Source: Myxococcales bacterium (lineage in GTDB: Bacteria > Myxococcota_A > UBA9160 > SMWR01). From it: a DNA stretch of 64,000 nucleotides. The translations under genes and the position numbers were made by a program. Within the stretch, counting starts at the first letter, position 1, and the number at the start of each line of letters is the position of its first letter. The notes beneath the pieces are model-generated. The model saw nothing but the letters and a program-made list of their open reading frames with translations, was not told the DNA's origin and searched no databases. This document shows, piece after piece, positions 9,332-19,566 of this stretch. The DNA lies in contig JABSQW010000044.1 in assembly GCA_013215605.1 (NCBI GenBank), positions 5,532-69,531 on the forward strand, given 5' to 3'.

Positions 9332-9502
9332 GCGCCGCTGAATGGGTCGGTGTGCACTTCCTGCTGCACCCTCCGGTGACCCTCCACACCGTGCCCGCTC
9401 CCGTGCAGCTCGAATGCCCGGCTGTCGCACCCGCGCCGGTCTCGGCCCCAAACCTCCCACCCACCCCGCCCGGGCCCACGAATCCGGGGTACGGAACCCC
9501 AC

Positions 9503-11050
9503 ATGCCCAGCTACTCGTACGACCGGCTCTCCGCCCAGGACAACGCGTTTCTCCTCTGGGAGACGCCGGAAGTCCACATGCATGTGTCGGCCACGCAGAT
9601 CTACAAGGCCGGACCGCTCAAGACTCCCGACGGTGGCATCGACATCGCTGCGATCAAGCAGGCCATGAGCCGAAACCTGCACCGCATTCCGCGCTACCGG
9701 CAGAAGCTGCAGTGGATTCCCGTCGAGAACCACGCCGTCTGGGTCGACGACTCGCACTTCAACATCGACTTCCACATCCGTCACACGAGCCTCCCCCGCC
9801 CCGGGAGCGAAGAGCAGCTCAAGAAGCTGGCCGCCCGGATCATGGCCCAGCAACTCGACCGCGCGCGGCCGCTGTGGGAGATCTGGGTCGTCGAGGGGCT
9901 CGAGGGCGATCGGTTCGCGTTCATCAGCAAGACCCACCACTGCATGATCGACGGCGCTTCGGGCATCGGCATCGCCGACATCCTGATGTCGACTTCCCCC
10001 GACGCCGAGCTCGCAGAGGCCCCGGTCTTCATACCGCGCACTGCACCCACCTCATCGGAGCTCTTCACCGACTCCGTGCGACGTCGATTGTCCCTCCCGT
10101 TCGAGTTCGTGCGCAGCGTGCGCCGCTTCCGCGATGAGGTGGACGACTTCCGGGACGAAGTCACGGCGCGTGTGAGCGCGGTGCGTGAGCTGATGGGCTG
10201 GTCGGCGAGCCCCCCCTCGAAGACGCCGATCAACCAAAAGGTCGGCCCGCACCGGAAGATCGACTGGCTCGAGATGCCCCTCGCCGACGTCAAGGCGGTC
10301 CGCAAGGCCCTCGATTGTACGGTGAACGACGTCGTCCTCACCACCGTGACCGGCGCGGTGCGCGACTTCCTCATGCGCCGACAGGTGCGGCCGGAAGAGA
10401 TCGACTTTCGCGTCTCGGCTCCCGTGAGTGTGCGCAGGGAGGGCGACCACCAGCTCGGCAACCAGGTGTCGTCCTGGGTGGTCGCCCTGCCCGTCGCGGA
10501 GTCCGATCCGAAGGAGCAGCTCGCCGCCATCCACGAGGAGACCCAGCGGCTCAAGGAATCGAAGCAGGCACTGGGCATCGAGACCATCATCGCCATCGCC
10601 GACTGGACTACGTCGAGTCTGCTTTCGATGGGCGCCCAGGCGTCCTCGGCGGCCACGAACACGATCGTTACGAACGTGCCGGGCCCACAGATGCCGCTCT
10701 ACATGCTCGGTGCGGAGATGATGTCGATGTTCCCGCAGGTTCCGCTGCTGCCGAACCTCGGTCTCGGGATCGCGCTCATCAGCTACAACGGCAGGGTCTG
10801 CTGGGGCTTCAACGCAGACGCCGACATGATTCCCGACCTCGACGCCTTCAAGGAGCTCATCGCAAAGTCGTTCGCCCGTCTGGCGACCGCCGCCGAGGTC
10901 ACGCTGAGCGACGGCGACGTGATCAACCTCGATCCCGAAGCGCCGAAGAAGAAGACGCGCAGCCGTCGGTCGCGCGCCGCCGCGAAGCCGAGCGCTCCGC
11001 CGTCGGACGACGCCGAGTCGCTCCACGCAAAGGGCGACGCTGGCTCTTGA
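9503..11050 (+). CDS. wax ester synthase/acyl-CoA:diacylglycerol acyltransferase (WS/DGAT)
   Basis: 515 aa with catalytic HHCMIDGASG (HHxxxDG), an N-terminal SAQDNAFL... region and the C-terminal NVPGP motif, all typical of the WS/DGAT family. Confidence 0.92.
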   Translation: MPSYSYDRLSAQDNAFLLWETPEVHMHVSATQIYKAGPLKTPDGGIDIAAIKQAMSRNLHRIPRYRQKLQWIPVENHAVWVDDSHFNIDFHIRHTSLPRPGSEEQLKKLAARIMAQQLDRARPLWEIWVVEGLEGDRFAFISKTHHCMIDGASGIGIADILMSTSPDAELAEAPVFIPRTAPTSSELFTDSVRRRLSLPFEFVRSVRRFRDEVDDFRDEVTARVSAVRELMGWSASPPSKTPINQKVGPHRKIDWLEMPLADVKAVRKALDCTVNDVVLTTVTGAVRDFLMRRQVRPEEIDFRVSAPVSVRREGDHQLGNQVSSWVVALPVAESDPKEQLAAIHEETQRLKESKQALGIETIIAIADWTTSSLLSMGAQASSAATNTIVTNVPGPQMPLYMLGAEMMSMFPQVPLLPNLGLGIALISYNGRVCWGFNADADMIPDLDAFKELIAKSFARLATAAEVTLSDGDVINLDPEAPKKKTRSRRSRAAAKPSAPPSDDAESLHAKGDAGS

Positions 11051-11710
11051 TCAGCGACCTCCGTGCTCGCGGAGATAGTCGACGATTTCGCTGTGGGACA
11101 GGCGGCGCGCGCGACGCAGCGGAGTGTCACCACGGCGGTCCCGGTAGTTCACGTTTGCGCCCCGCTCGACGAGCAGCACCACGACGTCCGCGTGATTGGC
11201 GTCGACCGCGATGTGGAGCGGCGTCGTGCGGCGCTTGCCGCGCGCATCGATTTCTGCATCGGCGTCGAGGAGCACGCGCACGACCCCGACGCGACCGAGT
11301 CGGGCCGCCCGGTGGAGGGGCCGATCGCCGGATTCGTTCTGCGCCTCGACGTCCGCTCCGGCGCGAAGCAGTGCCTGTGCGGATGCCACCTGCCCTCTCC
11401 GCGCGGCCGCGTGGAGCGCAGTACCCTCGGGTCGCGCATCCACCTCGAGCCCGCTTCCTCGTTCGATCAGGAGCTCGACGACCTCCGTGTGACCGCGGAG
11501 CGCAGCGAGATGCAACGCGGTGGTGCCGTCTTCGAGCGTTGCGCTGGTAGCTGCGCCGCCGTCGAGCAGGACCCTGGCCGCTTCGAGGTCGCCGAAGAAT
11601 GCGGCGCGGTGGAGCGGCGGGCGTTCCGCGACTCCCGTGTCCTGCGCTGCGCCCCCCGCCGCGACGAACACCGCGCACGCGGCGAGCAGAAGCCGCCGGA
11701 TTCGATCCAT
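11051..11710 (-). CDS. secreted ankyrin-repeat protein
   Basis: Signal-like MDRIRRLLLAACAVFVAAGGAAQD followed by repeated TALHLAA..GH..VV.LL...GA units (4-5 ankyrin repeats). ATG 11710 is preceded by GGAGA. The longer ORF to 11890 is rejected. Confidence 0.85.
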   Translation of the reverse strand: MDRIRRLLLAACAVFVAAGGAAQDTGVAERPPLHRAAFFGDLEAARVLLDGGAATSATLEDGTTALHLAALRGHTEVVELLIERGSGLEVDARPEGTALHAAARRGQVASAQALLRAGADVEAQNESGDRPLHRAARLGRVGVVRVLLDADAEIDARGKRRTTPLHIAVDANHADVVVLLVERGANVNYRDRRGDTPLRRARRLSHSEIVDYLREHGGR

Positions 11711-11798
11711 CAGCTGTCTCCTTCCACGGCCCCGTGGCCGGGGCAGCGCAACGTGGAACGCAACTTGGCGACTTGGGGACCTTGGTAGCACCGTTGCA

Positions 11799-13313
11799 TC
11801 AATGGATTTCGCGGTCGCGTCCCTTCCAGAACGGCGCGCGCAACTCGCGTTTGAGAATCTTTCCCGCCCCGGACTTCGGCAGCGGCTCATCGCGGACCTC
11901 GATCACCTTCGGAACCTTGTACCCGGCGAGCGAGGCGCGGCAGTGCACGGCGAGGGCCTCGGCGCTCACGTCGGCGCCGTCGCGTGGGTGCACCGAGGCC
12001 TGCACCGCCTCGCCCCACTTCTCATCGGGCACGCCGTAGACCGCGCACTCCGCGACCGCCGGGTGCTGGTAGAGAATCTCCTCCACCTCGGTCGAGTAGA
12101 CGTTCTCACCGCCCGAGATGATCACGTCCTTCTTGCGGTCGACCAGGAACAGACAACCTCCCTCGTCGAGGAAGCCGACGTCACCCGACGCATACCAGCC
12201 GTCGCGGAGCACCTCGGCGGTCTGCTCGGGTTTCTCCCAGTAGCCGACCATCACATTCTCGCCGCGCAGCTCGACCTCGCCCACCTCGCGGGGCCCGAGT
12301 TCGCTTCGCGACGCGTCCACGATCCGCAGGTCGACGCCGACGATGGCGCGTCCCGCGCTTCGCGCGCGTTCGTCGTCGATGTACCGCTCGAGGTGCTCGA
12401 TGGTCGTCCCCATGGGCCCGAGCTCCGTGGCGCCGTACATCGAGACGAGCTCGACGTGCGGGAAGCAGTCATGTACCCGGCGCAGCAGGGACGTCGAAGC
12501 GGGCGCCGCGCCGTAGCCGAGCAGGCGGAGAGTCCCGACATCGCGCGGCCGCGCCTCCTGCTCATCGACGAGCGCCGCCAGCATGGTGGGCACGCCGAAG
12601 GTGATGCTCGTCTTCTCCGCCGCGATCACATCCAGGGCCCCGGCGGCGTCGAAGCCGGGGAGCACGATCTGCCGCGCGCCGACCCAGAGACACAACAGGA
12701 CGTTGAACGTTCCCGAGGCGTGGAACATCGGCCCCATGATCTGCCAGGCGTCGCCCTCCTCGAGGCGCACGCTGCACTGCAGATGGAAGGTGTCGGCGAT
12801 CTTGTTGCGGTGGCTGAGCATCACGCCCTTCGCCGCGCCCGTGGTCCCGCCGGTGTAGAAGAGGCCCGCGAGATCGCGATCGGAGACCCCCACCCCGAGC
12901 GGCAGCGCCCCGGCGTGGTCGATCCGCTCCTCGTAGCCGTCGCCGAGGGGAACCACGACCTCCACCCGCTGCGACAGCGCGTCGATGTCCTGCATGCGGT
13001 CCGTGAACAGGATCCGCGGGCGTGCGTCGCGAAGCGCGTACTCGACTTCCGGGAGCGCGTGGCGGTTGTTGAGGGGGACGACCACGCGACCGCACGCCGG
13101 AACCCCGCAGAACAGCTCGAGCACCTGGTGGGAGTTCGCGGCGAGGATCGCGACCCGGTCGCCGTGGGCCGTGTGCTGGGAGACAAAGCCCGCGAGACGC
13201 CGGCAGCGATCGACCAGCTCTCCGAAGCGGAGTCGCACCCGGCCGCACACCACGGCCTCGGCGTCCGGAAAGCAGCGCTCGGCCCGGTGGAGGGGGTCGG
13301 CGAAGGTGTTCAC
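11799..13313 (-). CDS. AMP-dependent acyl-CoA synthetase/ligase (fatty-acid--CoA ligase)
   Basis: 504 aa with the AMP-binding motif LFYTGGTTGAAKGV, GYGATE, and the C-terminal SGAGKILKREL. GTG start at 13313. Confidence 0.9.
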   Translation of the reverse strand: MNTFADPLHRAERCFPDAEAVVCGRVRLRFGELVDRCRRLAGFVSQHTAHGDRVAILAANSHQVLELFCGVPACGRVVVPLNNRHALPEVEYALRDARPRILFTDRMQDIDALSQRVEVVVPLGDGYEERIDHAGALPLGVGVSDRDLAGLFYTGGTTGAAKGVMLSHRNKIADTFHLQCSVRLEEGDAWQIMGPMFHASGTFNVLLCLWVGARQIVLPGFDAAGALDVIAAEKTSITFGVPTMLAALVDEQEARPRDVGTLRLLGYGAAPASTSLLRRVHDCFPHVELVSMYGATELGPMGTTIEHLERYIDDERARSAGRAIVGVDLRIVDASRSELGPREVGEVELRGENVMVGYWEKPEQTAEVLRDGWYASGDVGFLDEGGCLFLVDRKKDVIISGGENVYSTEVEEILYQHPAVAECAVYGVPDEKWGEAVQASVHPRDGADVSAEALAVHCRASLAGYKVPKVIEVRDEPLPKSGAGKILKRELRAPFWKGRDREIH

Positions 13314-13595
13314 GCAATCTCCTGAGTGCGGCCGGCACGCGGGCGGCTTCGAATTGTACTGTCCCGCGACTCCTCACAGGCGGACTCGCACCCGGTCCGG
13401 ACAGAGGGGGCTTGGGACCTCGATCGCCCCATCCGGCGCGCGTCGACCCCGGTTGCTGGGCGACTCTTCGAGGCGGTCGCGTGGCTCGTCTCCGACATCG
13501 GCAAAGCTGACTCCGAGTCGCCGCGCGACCCCAACCCAGCCGGCCCCGACCTGCGGCTGAACGACGAGAAAGTCGTTATCTCTTGAGGAGTTGCA

Positions 13596-13625
13596 TTGAC
13601 GGACCCGTGTCGTAAGCGGCACTCT
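13596..13625 (+). promoter_or_regulatory. sigma70-like promoter candidate upstream of 3-hydroxyacyl-CoA dehydrogenase gene
   Basis: TTGACG (13596..13601), 18 nt spacer, CACTCT (13620..13625). The -10 is weak. It resembles the TTGACC-N17-CACACT arrangement at 42578. Confidence 0.3.
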
Positions 13626-13725
13626 GTCGGTGCGCGTCGAGTAACCCGCCGCAAGACCGACGAGAGTCGGGAGACAGCCCCGACCGGGTACAACCGGTCA
13701 ATTCGGGAGAGCCGAGAACATCCCC

Positions 13726-15072
13726 ATGTCTGGAAGCAGTCAAAAGAGCGCGGCCGAAGTGCGGCGCCTCCTCACCAGCCGCAACATCGAGCGCGTCGTC
13801 GTGCTCGGCGCCAACGGCACGATGGGCTTCGGCAGCGCCGCGCTGTTCACACAGGCCGTCCCCCACGTCACATTCCTCGCGCGATCGCGCGCAAAGGCGG
13901 AGGAAGGTCTCGCCGCCGCGATCAAGCAGGTGCGATCACCCACGGTCGCATCGCGATCGGATGTGGGCGACTACGACAACGATCTCGACGCAGCCGTGAG
14001 CCAGGCGGACATCGTCTTCGAAGCCCTCACCGAGGACTTCGACATCAAGAAGGCGATGTTCGACCGAGTCGAAGCCACCCGCCGCGACGACTCCATCATT
14101 GCCACCGTCACGTCGGGCCTGTCGATCAACGGGTTGTGCGACGGACGCGGCGACTCGTTCCGCAAGAACTTCCTCGGCCTGCACTTCTTCAACCCGCCGA
14201 ACGTCATCACCGGCACCGAACTCATCGCCAACCGGGACACTGACGCCGGAGTCCTCGATTTCATCGAGGCCTTCGCCCGTCTGCGACTCGGTCGCGAGAT
14301 GATTCGCACGCACGATACTCCGGCATTCGCGGGCAACCGCGTCGGCTTCAAGGTACTCAACGAATCCGCGCAGCTCGCCGAGCAGCTCGGCCCCGTGCTC
14401 GTCGACAAGATCGTCGGACCCTATACGGGCCGTGCGCTCACTCCGCTCGCCACGATCGACCTCGTCGGATGGGACATCCACCGCGCCATCGTCGACAACG
14501 TCTACGAGAAGACGAGTGACGAGGCCCATGAGACCAACAAGCTCCCCACCTACATGGCGAAGCTGATGGAGCAGGGCGTCCTCGGCGACAAGACGGGCAG
14601 CGGCTTCTTCAAACGCGACGGCAAGACACGCCTCGCCCTCGACATCGCGAGCGGCAACTACAAGCCGGCGTCCGACATCGTACTGCCCGACATGGCGTAC
14701 GTGGGCGAGGTCGCAAGCCTCTACGCCCAGGGCCGCTACGAGGAGGGCATGCGGATCTTCCTCGCCGCCGAAGGCGACGAGGCGAGCCTCGCCCGCAAGG
14801 TGATCGGCGGCTACATCAGCTACGCGTTCCACCGCGTGGGCGAGGTCACCGACGACATCGGTGGTATCGACCGCATCATGGGCATGGGCTTCAACTGGGC
14901 GCCGCCGAGCGTGCTGGTCGACGTCATGGGCGCGCCTGCCGCGTGCAAGATGATCGACGGCGCCGGCCTGCCCGTGCCCCCGGCCCTCGAGACCGCCGCT
15001 CGAACGGGTGAGCCGCGGCGCTTCTTCCAACACCCTTCCATCAACACTGGACGCTTTTTCGTCGCGGGTTGA
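13726..15072 (+). CDS. 3-hydroxyacyl-CoA dehydrogenase family protein
   Basis: N-terminal Rossmann [15 protein letters not shown], followed by ...HFFNPP...TELI and a C-terminal 3HCDH-like domain. Adjacent to thiolase and acyl-CoA ligase genes. Confidence 0.85.
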   Translation: MSGSSQKSAAEVRRLLTSRNIERVVVLGANGTMGFGSAALFTQAVPHVTFLARSRAKAEEGLAAAIKQVRSPTVASRSDVGDYDNDLDAAVSQADIVFEALTEDFDIKKAMFDRVEATRRDDSIIATVTSGLSINGLCDGRGDSFRKNFLGLHFFNPPNVITGTELIANRDTDAGVLDFIEAFARLRLGREMIRTHDTPAFAGNRVGFKVLNESAQLAEQLGPVLVDKIVGPYTGRALTPLATIDLVGWDIHRAIVDNVYEKTSDEAHETNKLPTYMAKLMEQGVLGDKTGSGFFKRDGKTRLALDIASGNYKPASDIVLPDMAYVGEVASLYAQGRYEEGMRIFLAAEGDEASLARKVIGGYISYAFHRVGEVTDDIGGIDRIMGMGFNWAPPSVLVDVMGAPAACKMIDGAGLPVPPALETAARTGEPRRFFQHPSINTGRFFVAG

Positions 15073-15095
15073 GCCCGAACGCATCAGAGGACGAC

Positions 15096-16328
15096 ATGGC
15101 CAATTCTGAAGTCTACGTACTGGGCGGATATCAGACCGACTTCGGTCGCAACTGGACCAAGGAGAACAAGCACTTCTCCGCGCTCATGCGCGAGAGCGTG
15201 CTCGGAGCGCTCGAAGCGTGCGACATCGCGCCGGAAGAAGTGGAGAGCGCCCACGTCGGCAACTTCGCCGCAGAGCTCTACTGCATGCAGGGACACCTCG
15301 GTGCCTTCTTCACCGAAGTGCACCCGGATTTCAGCGGCCTGCCCACGAGTCGCCACGAGGCAGCCTGCGCATCGGGGAGCATCGCGGTCCTCGCGGCTTC
15401 GGCCGAGATCGAGGCCGGTCGCTACGACTTGCAGGCGGTGGTCGGCATCGAGCAGATGAAGACCGTCTCCGCGGCTGACGGCGGCGCCTTCCTCGGCACC
15501 GCGGCCTGGTACGAGGAAGAGGCGAAGGACATCGAGTTTCCCTTCCCGAAGCTCTTCGGTCGCCTCGGCGACGAGTACGACAAGCGCTACGGCCTGAAGG
15601 ACGAGTACCTCGCCGAGATCAGCAAGATCAACTACGCCAACGCCAAGCTCAACCCGAACGCTCAGACGCGCACCTGGTACATGAACAAGGAGCACGCGCT
15701 GTGTCGAACGGACGACAACCCGGCGGTCGGTGGGCGCATCCGCATCGCCGACTGCTCGCAGGTCACCGATGGCGCGGTCTGCGTGTTTCTCGCATCCCGC
15801 ACGTACGCCGAGAAATACGCCAAGGGCATGGGGAAGAAGCTGGCGGACATTCCGCGCATCAAGGGCTGGGGTCACAACACGGCCCGCCTGCGCTTCGCCG
15901 ACAAGGTCGCCGAGAGCAAGGACGACCGCTACGTGCTCCCGCACGTGCGCTCGACGATCACCTCGGCCATGGAACGCGCGGGCGTCGAAGATGTGAACGG
16001 CATCGACGGGATCGAGACCCACGACTGCTTCACCACGTCGGAGTACATGGCCGTCGACCACTTCGGCATCACCAAGCCCGGTGAGAGCTGGAAGGCCGTC
16101 GAAGAGGGCTGGCTCGAGATCGACGGCAAGCACCCCATCAACCCGAGCGGCGGTCTGATCGGCGCCGGCCACCCGGTGGGAGCGACGGGAACGCGCCAGC
16201 TGCTCGACGCCTATCTACAGGTCGCTGGCCAGGCCGGTGACTATCAGGTCGAGGGAGCGAAGAACTTCCAGACCCTGAACATCGGCGGAAGCGGGACCAC
16301 CAGTGTGAGTTTCGTGGTAGGGCGCTGA
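15096..16328 (+). CDS. thiolase (acetyl-CoA acetyltransferase / SCP-x-type) family protein
   Basis: [18 protein letters not shown]..., active-site-like ACASGS, C-terminal [10 protein letters not shown] and NIGGSGT. ATG 15096 is preferred; TTG 15069, which overlaps the upstream stop, is the alternative. Confidence 0.88.
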   Translation: MANSEVYVLGGYQTDFGRNWTKENKHFSALMRESVLGALEACDIAPEEVESAHVGNFAAELYCMQGHLGAFFTEVHPDFSGLPTSRHEAACASGSIAVLAASAEIEAGRYDLQAVVGIEQMKTVSAADGGAFLGTAAWYEEEAKDIEFPFPKLFGRLGDEYDKRYGLKDEYLAEISKINYANAKLNPNAQTRTWYMNKEHALCRTDDNPAVGGRIRIADCSQVTDGAVCVFLASRTYAEKYAKGMGKKLADIPRIKGWGHNTARLRFADKVAESKDDRYVLPHVRSTITSAMERAGVEDVNGIDGIETHDCFTTSEYMAVDHFGITKPGESWKAVEEGWLEIDGKHPINPSGGLIGAGHPVGATGTRQLLDAYLQVAGQAGDYQVEGAKNFQTLNIGGSGTTSVSFVVGR

Positions 16329-16348
16329 CCGGCACGAGCGGTCGACGT

Positions 16349-17665
16349 TCACTCCGCGTAGCCGAGGGCCCGGATCGCCTCGCGCTCTTCTGGGGTCAGC
16401 TCCCGGGGAGCGAGCCGCGGGTGGGAGCGGCTCGCGGACAGGATGTCGTCGAGGTTCCGCTTCAGCTCGCTCCGCGTAGCGGGACGTGCGGAGGCGAGAT
16501 TCGAAAGCTCGTGCGGATCCGCGGCCACATCGAAGAGTTGGTGGCGGCCGTCCTTGCGCGTGCGCAGCTTCCAGTGGCGCAGCACAGTGTCGTCGATGCT
16601 CGAACCGACGATCGCGTAGTCGGCGCGGGGCTGCTCGATCGACACCGGGGTCTGGGAGACGAGGTGGCTCCGCGAGCCGGCCAGCAGGTCGATGCCGTCG
16701 CTGGATCCGAAATCGAGATGCAGGTTCAGCGCTCCGGACAGCGTGGGGAAGATGTCGACCGTCGACGCGAGGTCCGTCCGGCGACCCCGGTACCCGTTCG
16801 GCAGGTGAACGATCAATGGCACACGCAGCTGCTCGTTCCAGATCTCCGAGTGCTTCTCGTGCCGGTGTTGACCGAGGCCCTCGCCGTGGTCGGCCGTGAC
16901 GACGATCGCCACCGGACCGAGCTCTCGCAGGCGCTCGAACAGGCGACCTAGCTGGGCGTCGGCGTAGCGGATCTCGTCGTCGTAGGCGTTGGCGGCACCC
17001 GCGAGGTGGCGCGGGATGCGACGTTCCCGCATGAAGGCGTGGAGTTCGGGACTCGTGGCGAAGAAGTCCTGATACGGCGCGGGTGCGGCGTACGGAAGGT
17101 GGGGATCGAAGACGTGGAGCCACAGAAAGAACGGGGCAGCGGCGGTGGAGAGCCACTCGAGAGCGGCGCTCACGGTCTGCTCGGCGCGAAACTCCGTGCG
17201 CTGCTTCACGGAGTCGTACGGGGGTGTGCCGTAGAAGCTCGCGAAGCCCGCCGCGACTCCCGAGGGCTCTGCCAGGGCCGAGGCGCTCGTGAAGGCAGCG
17301 GTGTCGAAGCCGGCCGCCCGAAGGCGCTGGGCCATGCTCTGCAAGCTGTCGTCGGTGGCGAGCGGATGCTTGTAGAAACGGAAGTTTCCCTCGACACCGT
17401 GGCGCGCGGGGTACGTCGACGTGAGGATCGAGACGTGGCTCGGTAGCGTGTTCGACGATGTCGCGTACGCGTTCTCGAAGAGCAGCGATTCGCTCGCAAG
17501 GCGATCGAGGTGCGGTGAGGTGTCGCGGAAGTAGCCGTAGCTGCCGAGGTGATCGGCGCGCAGCGTATCCACCGTCACCAGGACGATCGACGTCGGAGGA
17601 TCGCCGCAGCCCACGAGTCCGATCGCCGCGAGCCAGCCGGCGGCGCGGCGCAGCCACACGTTCAT
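16349..17665 (-). CDS. sulfatase-like alkaline-phosphatase-superfamily lipoprotein (non-canonical nucleophile motif)
   Basis: Lipobox LVGCGD and VTVDTLRADHLGSYGY metal site. The canonical C/S-x-P-x-R position reads T-L-P-S-H, so no formylglycine motif is present. The ATG 17665 overlaps the upstream stop (ATGA). Confidence 0.8.
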   Translation of the reverse strand: MNVWLRRAAGWLAAIGLVGCGDPPTSIVLVTVDTLRADHLGSYGYFRDTSPHLDRLASESLLFENAYATSSNTLPSHVSILTSTYPARHGVEGNFRFYKHPLATDDSLQSMAQRLRAAGFDTAAFTSASALAEPSGVAAGFASFYGTPPYDSVKQRTEFRAEQTVSAALEWLSTAAAPFFLWLHVFDPHLPYAAPAPYQDFFATSPELHAFMRERRIPRHLAGAANAYDDEIRYADAQLGRLFERLRELGPVAIVVTADHGEGLGQHRHEKHSEIWNEQLRVPLIVHLPNGYRGRRTDLASTVDIFPTLSGALNLHLDFGSSDGIDLLAGSRSHLVSQTPVSIEQPRADYAIVGSSIDDTVLRHWKLRTRKDGRHQLFDVAADPHELSNLASARPATRSELKRNLDDILSASRSHPRLAPRELTPEEREAIRALGYAE

Positions 17666-19566
17666 CGAGGGGAGGATACCGGCTGCTCGATGACGATGCG
17701 CCGGTTCACGGACCTTGGACCGGTCGACGTCGTCGTGCCGTCGGGCCACGTGACCGTGACGTCGTCGACCCGCTCGACCGCGCCGAGTCCGCGGTACAGG
17801 CGATGGTGGCCCTGCGAAAAGTGCGAGCCCTCGGACTCACCCACCACGTGTGCGGTGACACGATTGCCCGTGCGGATCCGCACCGAGCTGCCGATCGCCG
17901 CCCGGTTGCCGGGCGGCCCCACGAGGTCGATCTGCAGCCAGCTCCGCGCCGGCGAATCGTTGCGCAGGAAGGTGGCGTTCCAGCGCCCTGGTCCAGGCTT
18001 CGACGTGGTCAGCGTCGTCTGCAGGAGATCGCGATCGCCATCGCCGTCGACATCGAACCACGCGACGCGCGCGTCGTGGATCGGTCCTGGCTCACCGCCG
18101 CCCGGGAGAGCATCGATCCGGCTGAAGGTCCCGGCCTCGTTCTGGAGGTACAGCCCGCCGGGCACCTGGTGGACGTCGAGCCTGCCGTCGCCGTCGACGT
18201 CCACCCAGTTTGCGGTACGCGTGCGGCTCCGGAGTCCGACCGATTTCGCGGCGATGAAACGCCACGTCGCGCCGGTGCGTTTGGCGATCCAGCTCTTGGC
18301 CTGCGAAGCCACGAAGAGATCGAGGTCGCCATCCGCGTCGTAGTCGCCGAGACTGAGTTTCGACGTCTTGGCGGCGCCGCGATCGCGGCGGACGACCGAG
18401 CGCACGAAACGGGCCGGTCGGTTCTCGAACAACGTGAACGCCCGGTCCTCCACGAGGAAGAGATCCGGGTCGCCATCGGAGTCTGCGTCGAACCACACGG
18501 CGGGTCCGTCGCTGCGGCTCGCGAGACCGAGCTGCTCGGCGCGGTCTTCGAACGATCCGTCTTCGCGCTGGTGGTACAGGCGGTTTTCCTGATCCCGTGC
18601 GCAGACGACGTGGAGATCGAGACGCCCGTCGCGATCCGCGTCGACCCAAGACGTCTGGCGGCTCGAGCAGCCGGTGTTCCGAAGTCCCTTCTCGGCGGCG
18701 CGGTCGACGCGAAACGAGTCGCTTCCGCTGCGCAGCTCGGCGAAGAACTCGAAGGGAAACGACGCCATCCGCCCCTTCAAGCCGCCGCGCGTGATGGCGA
18801 CGTCGATCCGCCCATCGGCGTCACGGTCGGCCACCGCGTAGGCGTGACGGTCGCGCAGTCGAACCTCGAAGCGCGCCGATGCCGCCGGCACGGCTTTCGA
18901 GCCCACGAAGATCCGTTGCGCGTCGGAGCCGAGGCGGATCGAGAAACGCATGGGGATCGCGACGAACTCGGGCTTCACGACCAGCCGCCCGTCGGTGCGG
19001 CTCGCGAACTTCACCCGCGAGGCGGGGATCCCCCCTGCCGTGGCTTCCCGATGCGTCTCCACCTCGAAGCCACGCGATTTGACGACTTCGACGGGGGAGG
19101 CGACCTCGAGCTCGCCCTCGACCGGAGCCTCCGGCGTCACTCCCGAGGCTCGAATCACGAGCTGTCGCCGATGCCAGTAGACGTGCACGCCCGAGCCCGG
19201 TACGGGCGGCTCCCGGTCGCCGTCCTCGAAGCCGGGAAACGCCGGGTCCTGCTGGAGCCCCCACTCCGTGCCCCGGTCGACGAACCCCCCGGCGCCGTCG
19301 CCCACGAGGTGACTCTGGCGGGCATTGTGGTTGGTGGTGACCACATCGAGGATGCCATCGGCATTCAAGTCCGCCACGAGGAGATCGTAGACGTGGTAGG
19401 TCTCGAGCGGTAACGAGATCGGCGAGAATCGCACCGACGACTCTCCCCGGGCAGCCGGGGCGACGGCCACGACGAGCCCCAGCAGCAGCAACGCGGCGAG
19501 ATTCGCGGGCTTGGCGCGACCCCTGCACGCGAGCACGAAAGCGAACCTGGGCGCCTCGTCGCTCAT
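17662..19566 (-). CDS. CRTAC1-family protein (FG-GAP/VCBS repeats plus ASPIC/UnbV C-terminal domain)
   Basis: Repeated D.DGDG..D motifs (FDADSDGDPDLF, DYDADGDLDLF, DVDGDGRLD, DVDGDGDRDL) and a C-terminal NRAAIGSSVRIRTG...SQGHHRLYRGLG...VTVTWPDGT. ATG 19566 (MSDEAPRF..., signal-like) overlaps the upstream stop (ATGA). Confidence 0.85.
   Translation of the reverse strand: MSDEAPRFAFVLACRGRAKPANLAALLLLGLVVAVAPAARGESSVRFSPISLPLETYHVYDLLVADLNADGILDVVTTNHNARQSHLVGDGAGGFVDRGTEWGLQQDPAFPGFEDGDREPPVPGSGVHVYWHRRQLVIRASGVTPEAPVEGELEVASPVEVVKSRGFEVETHREATAGGIPASRVKFASRTDGRLVVKPEFVAIPMRFSIRLGSDAQRIFVGSKAVPAASARFEVRLRDRHAYAVADRDADGRIDVAITRGGLKGRMASFPFEFFAELRSGSDSFRVDRAAEKGLRNTGCSSRQTSWVDADRDGRLDLHVVCARDQENRLYHQREDGSFEDRAEQLGLASRSDGPAVWFDADSDGDPDLFLVEDRAFTLFENRPARFVRSVVRRDRGAAKTSKLSLGDYDADGDLDLFVASQAKSWIAKRTGATWRFIAAKSVGLRSRTRTANWVDVDGDGRLDVHQVPGGLYLQNEAGTFSRIDALPGGGEPGPIHDARVAWFDVDGDGDRDLLQTTLTTSKPGPGRWNATFLRNDSPARSWLQIDLVGPPGNRAAIGSSVRIRTGNRVTAHVVGESEGSHFSQGHHRLYRGLGAVERVDDVTVTWPDGTTTSTGPRSVNRRIVIEQPVSSPR

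Noticed and set aside
9206-9502. Possible tmRNA (ssrA) next to smpB
   Set aside because: There is no tRNA-like acceptor or T-arm (no GGTTCGAATCC-type T-loop, no ...CCA end pairing) and no tag-peptide reading frame ending in ...ALAA. The region is better explained as a divergent promoter plus 5' UTR.
8726-9940. 404-aa ORF in the track that spans smpB and 735 nt upstream
   Set aside because: Only the C-terminal 159 aa (from ATG 9205) look like SmpB. The upstream part is Arg/Pro/Gly-rich GC-driven sequence and would run through the divergent WS/DGAT promoter region.
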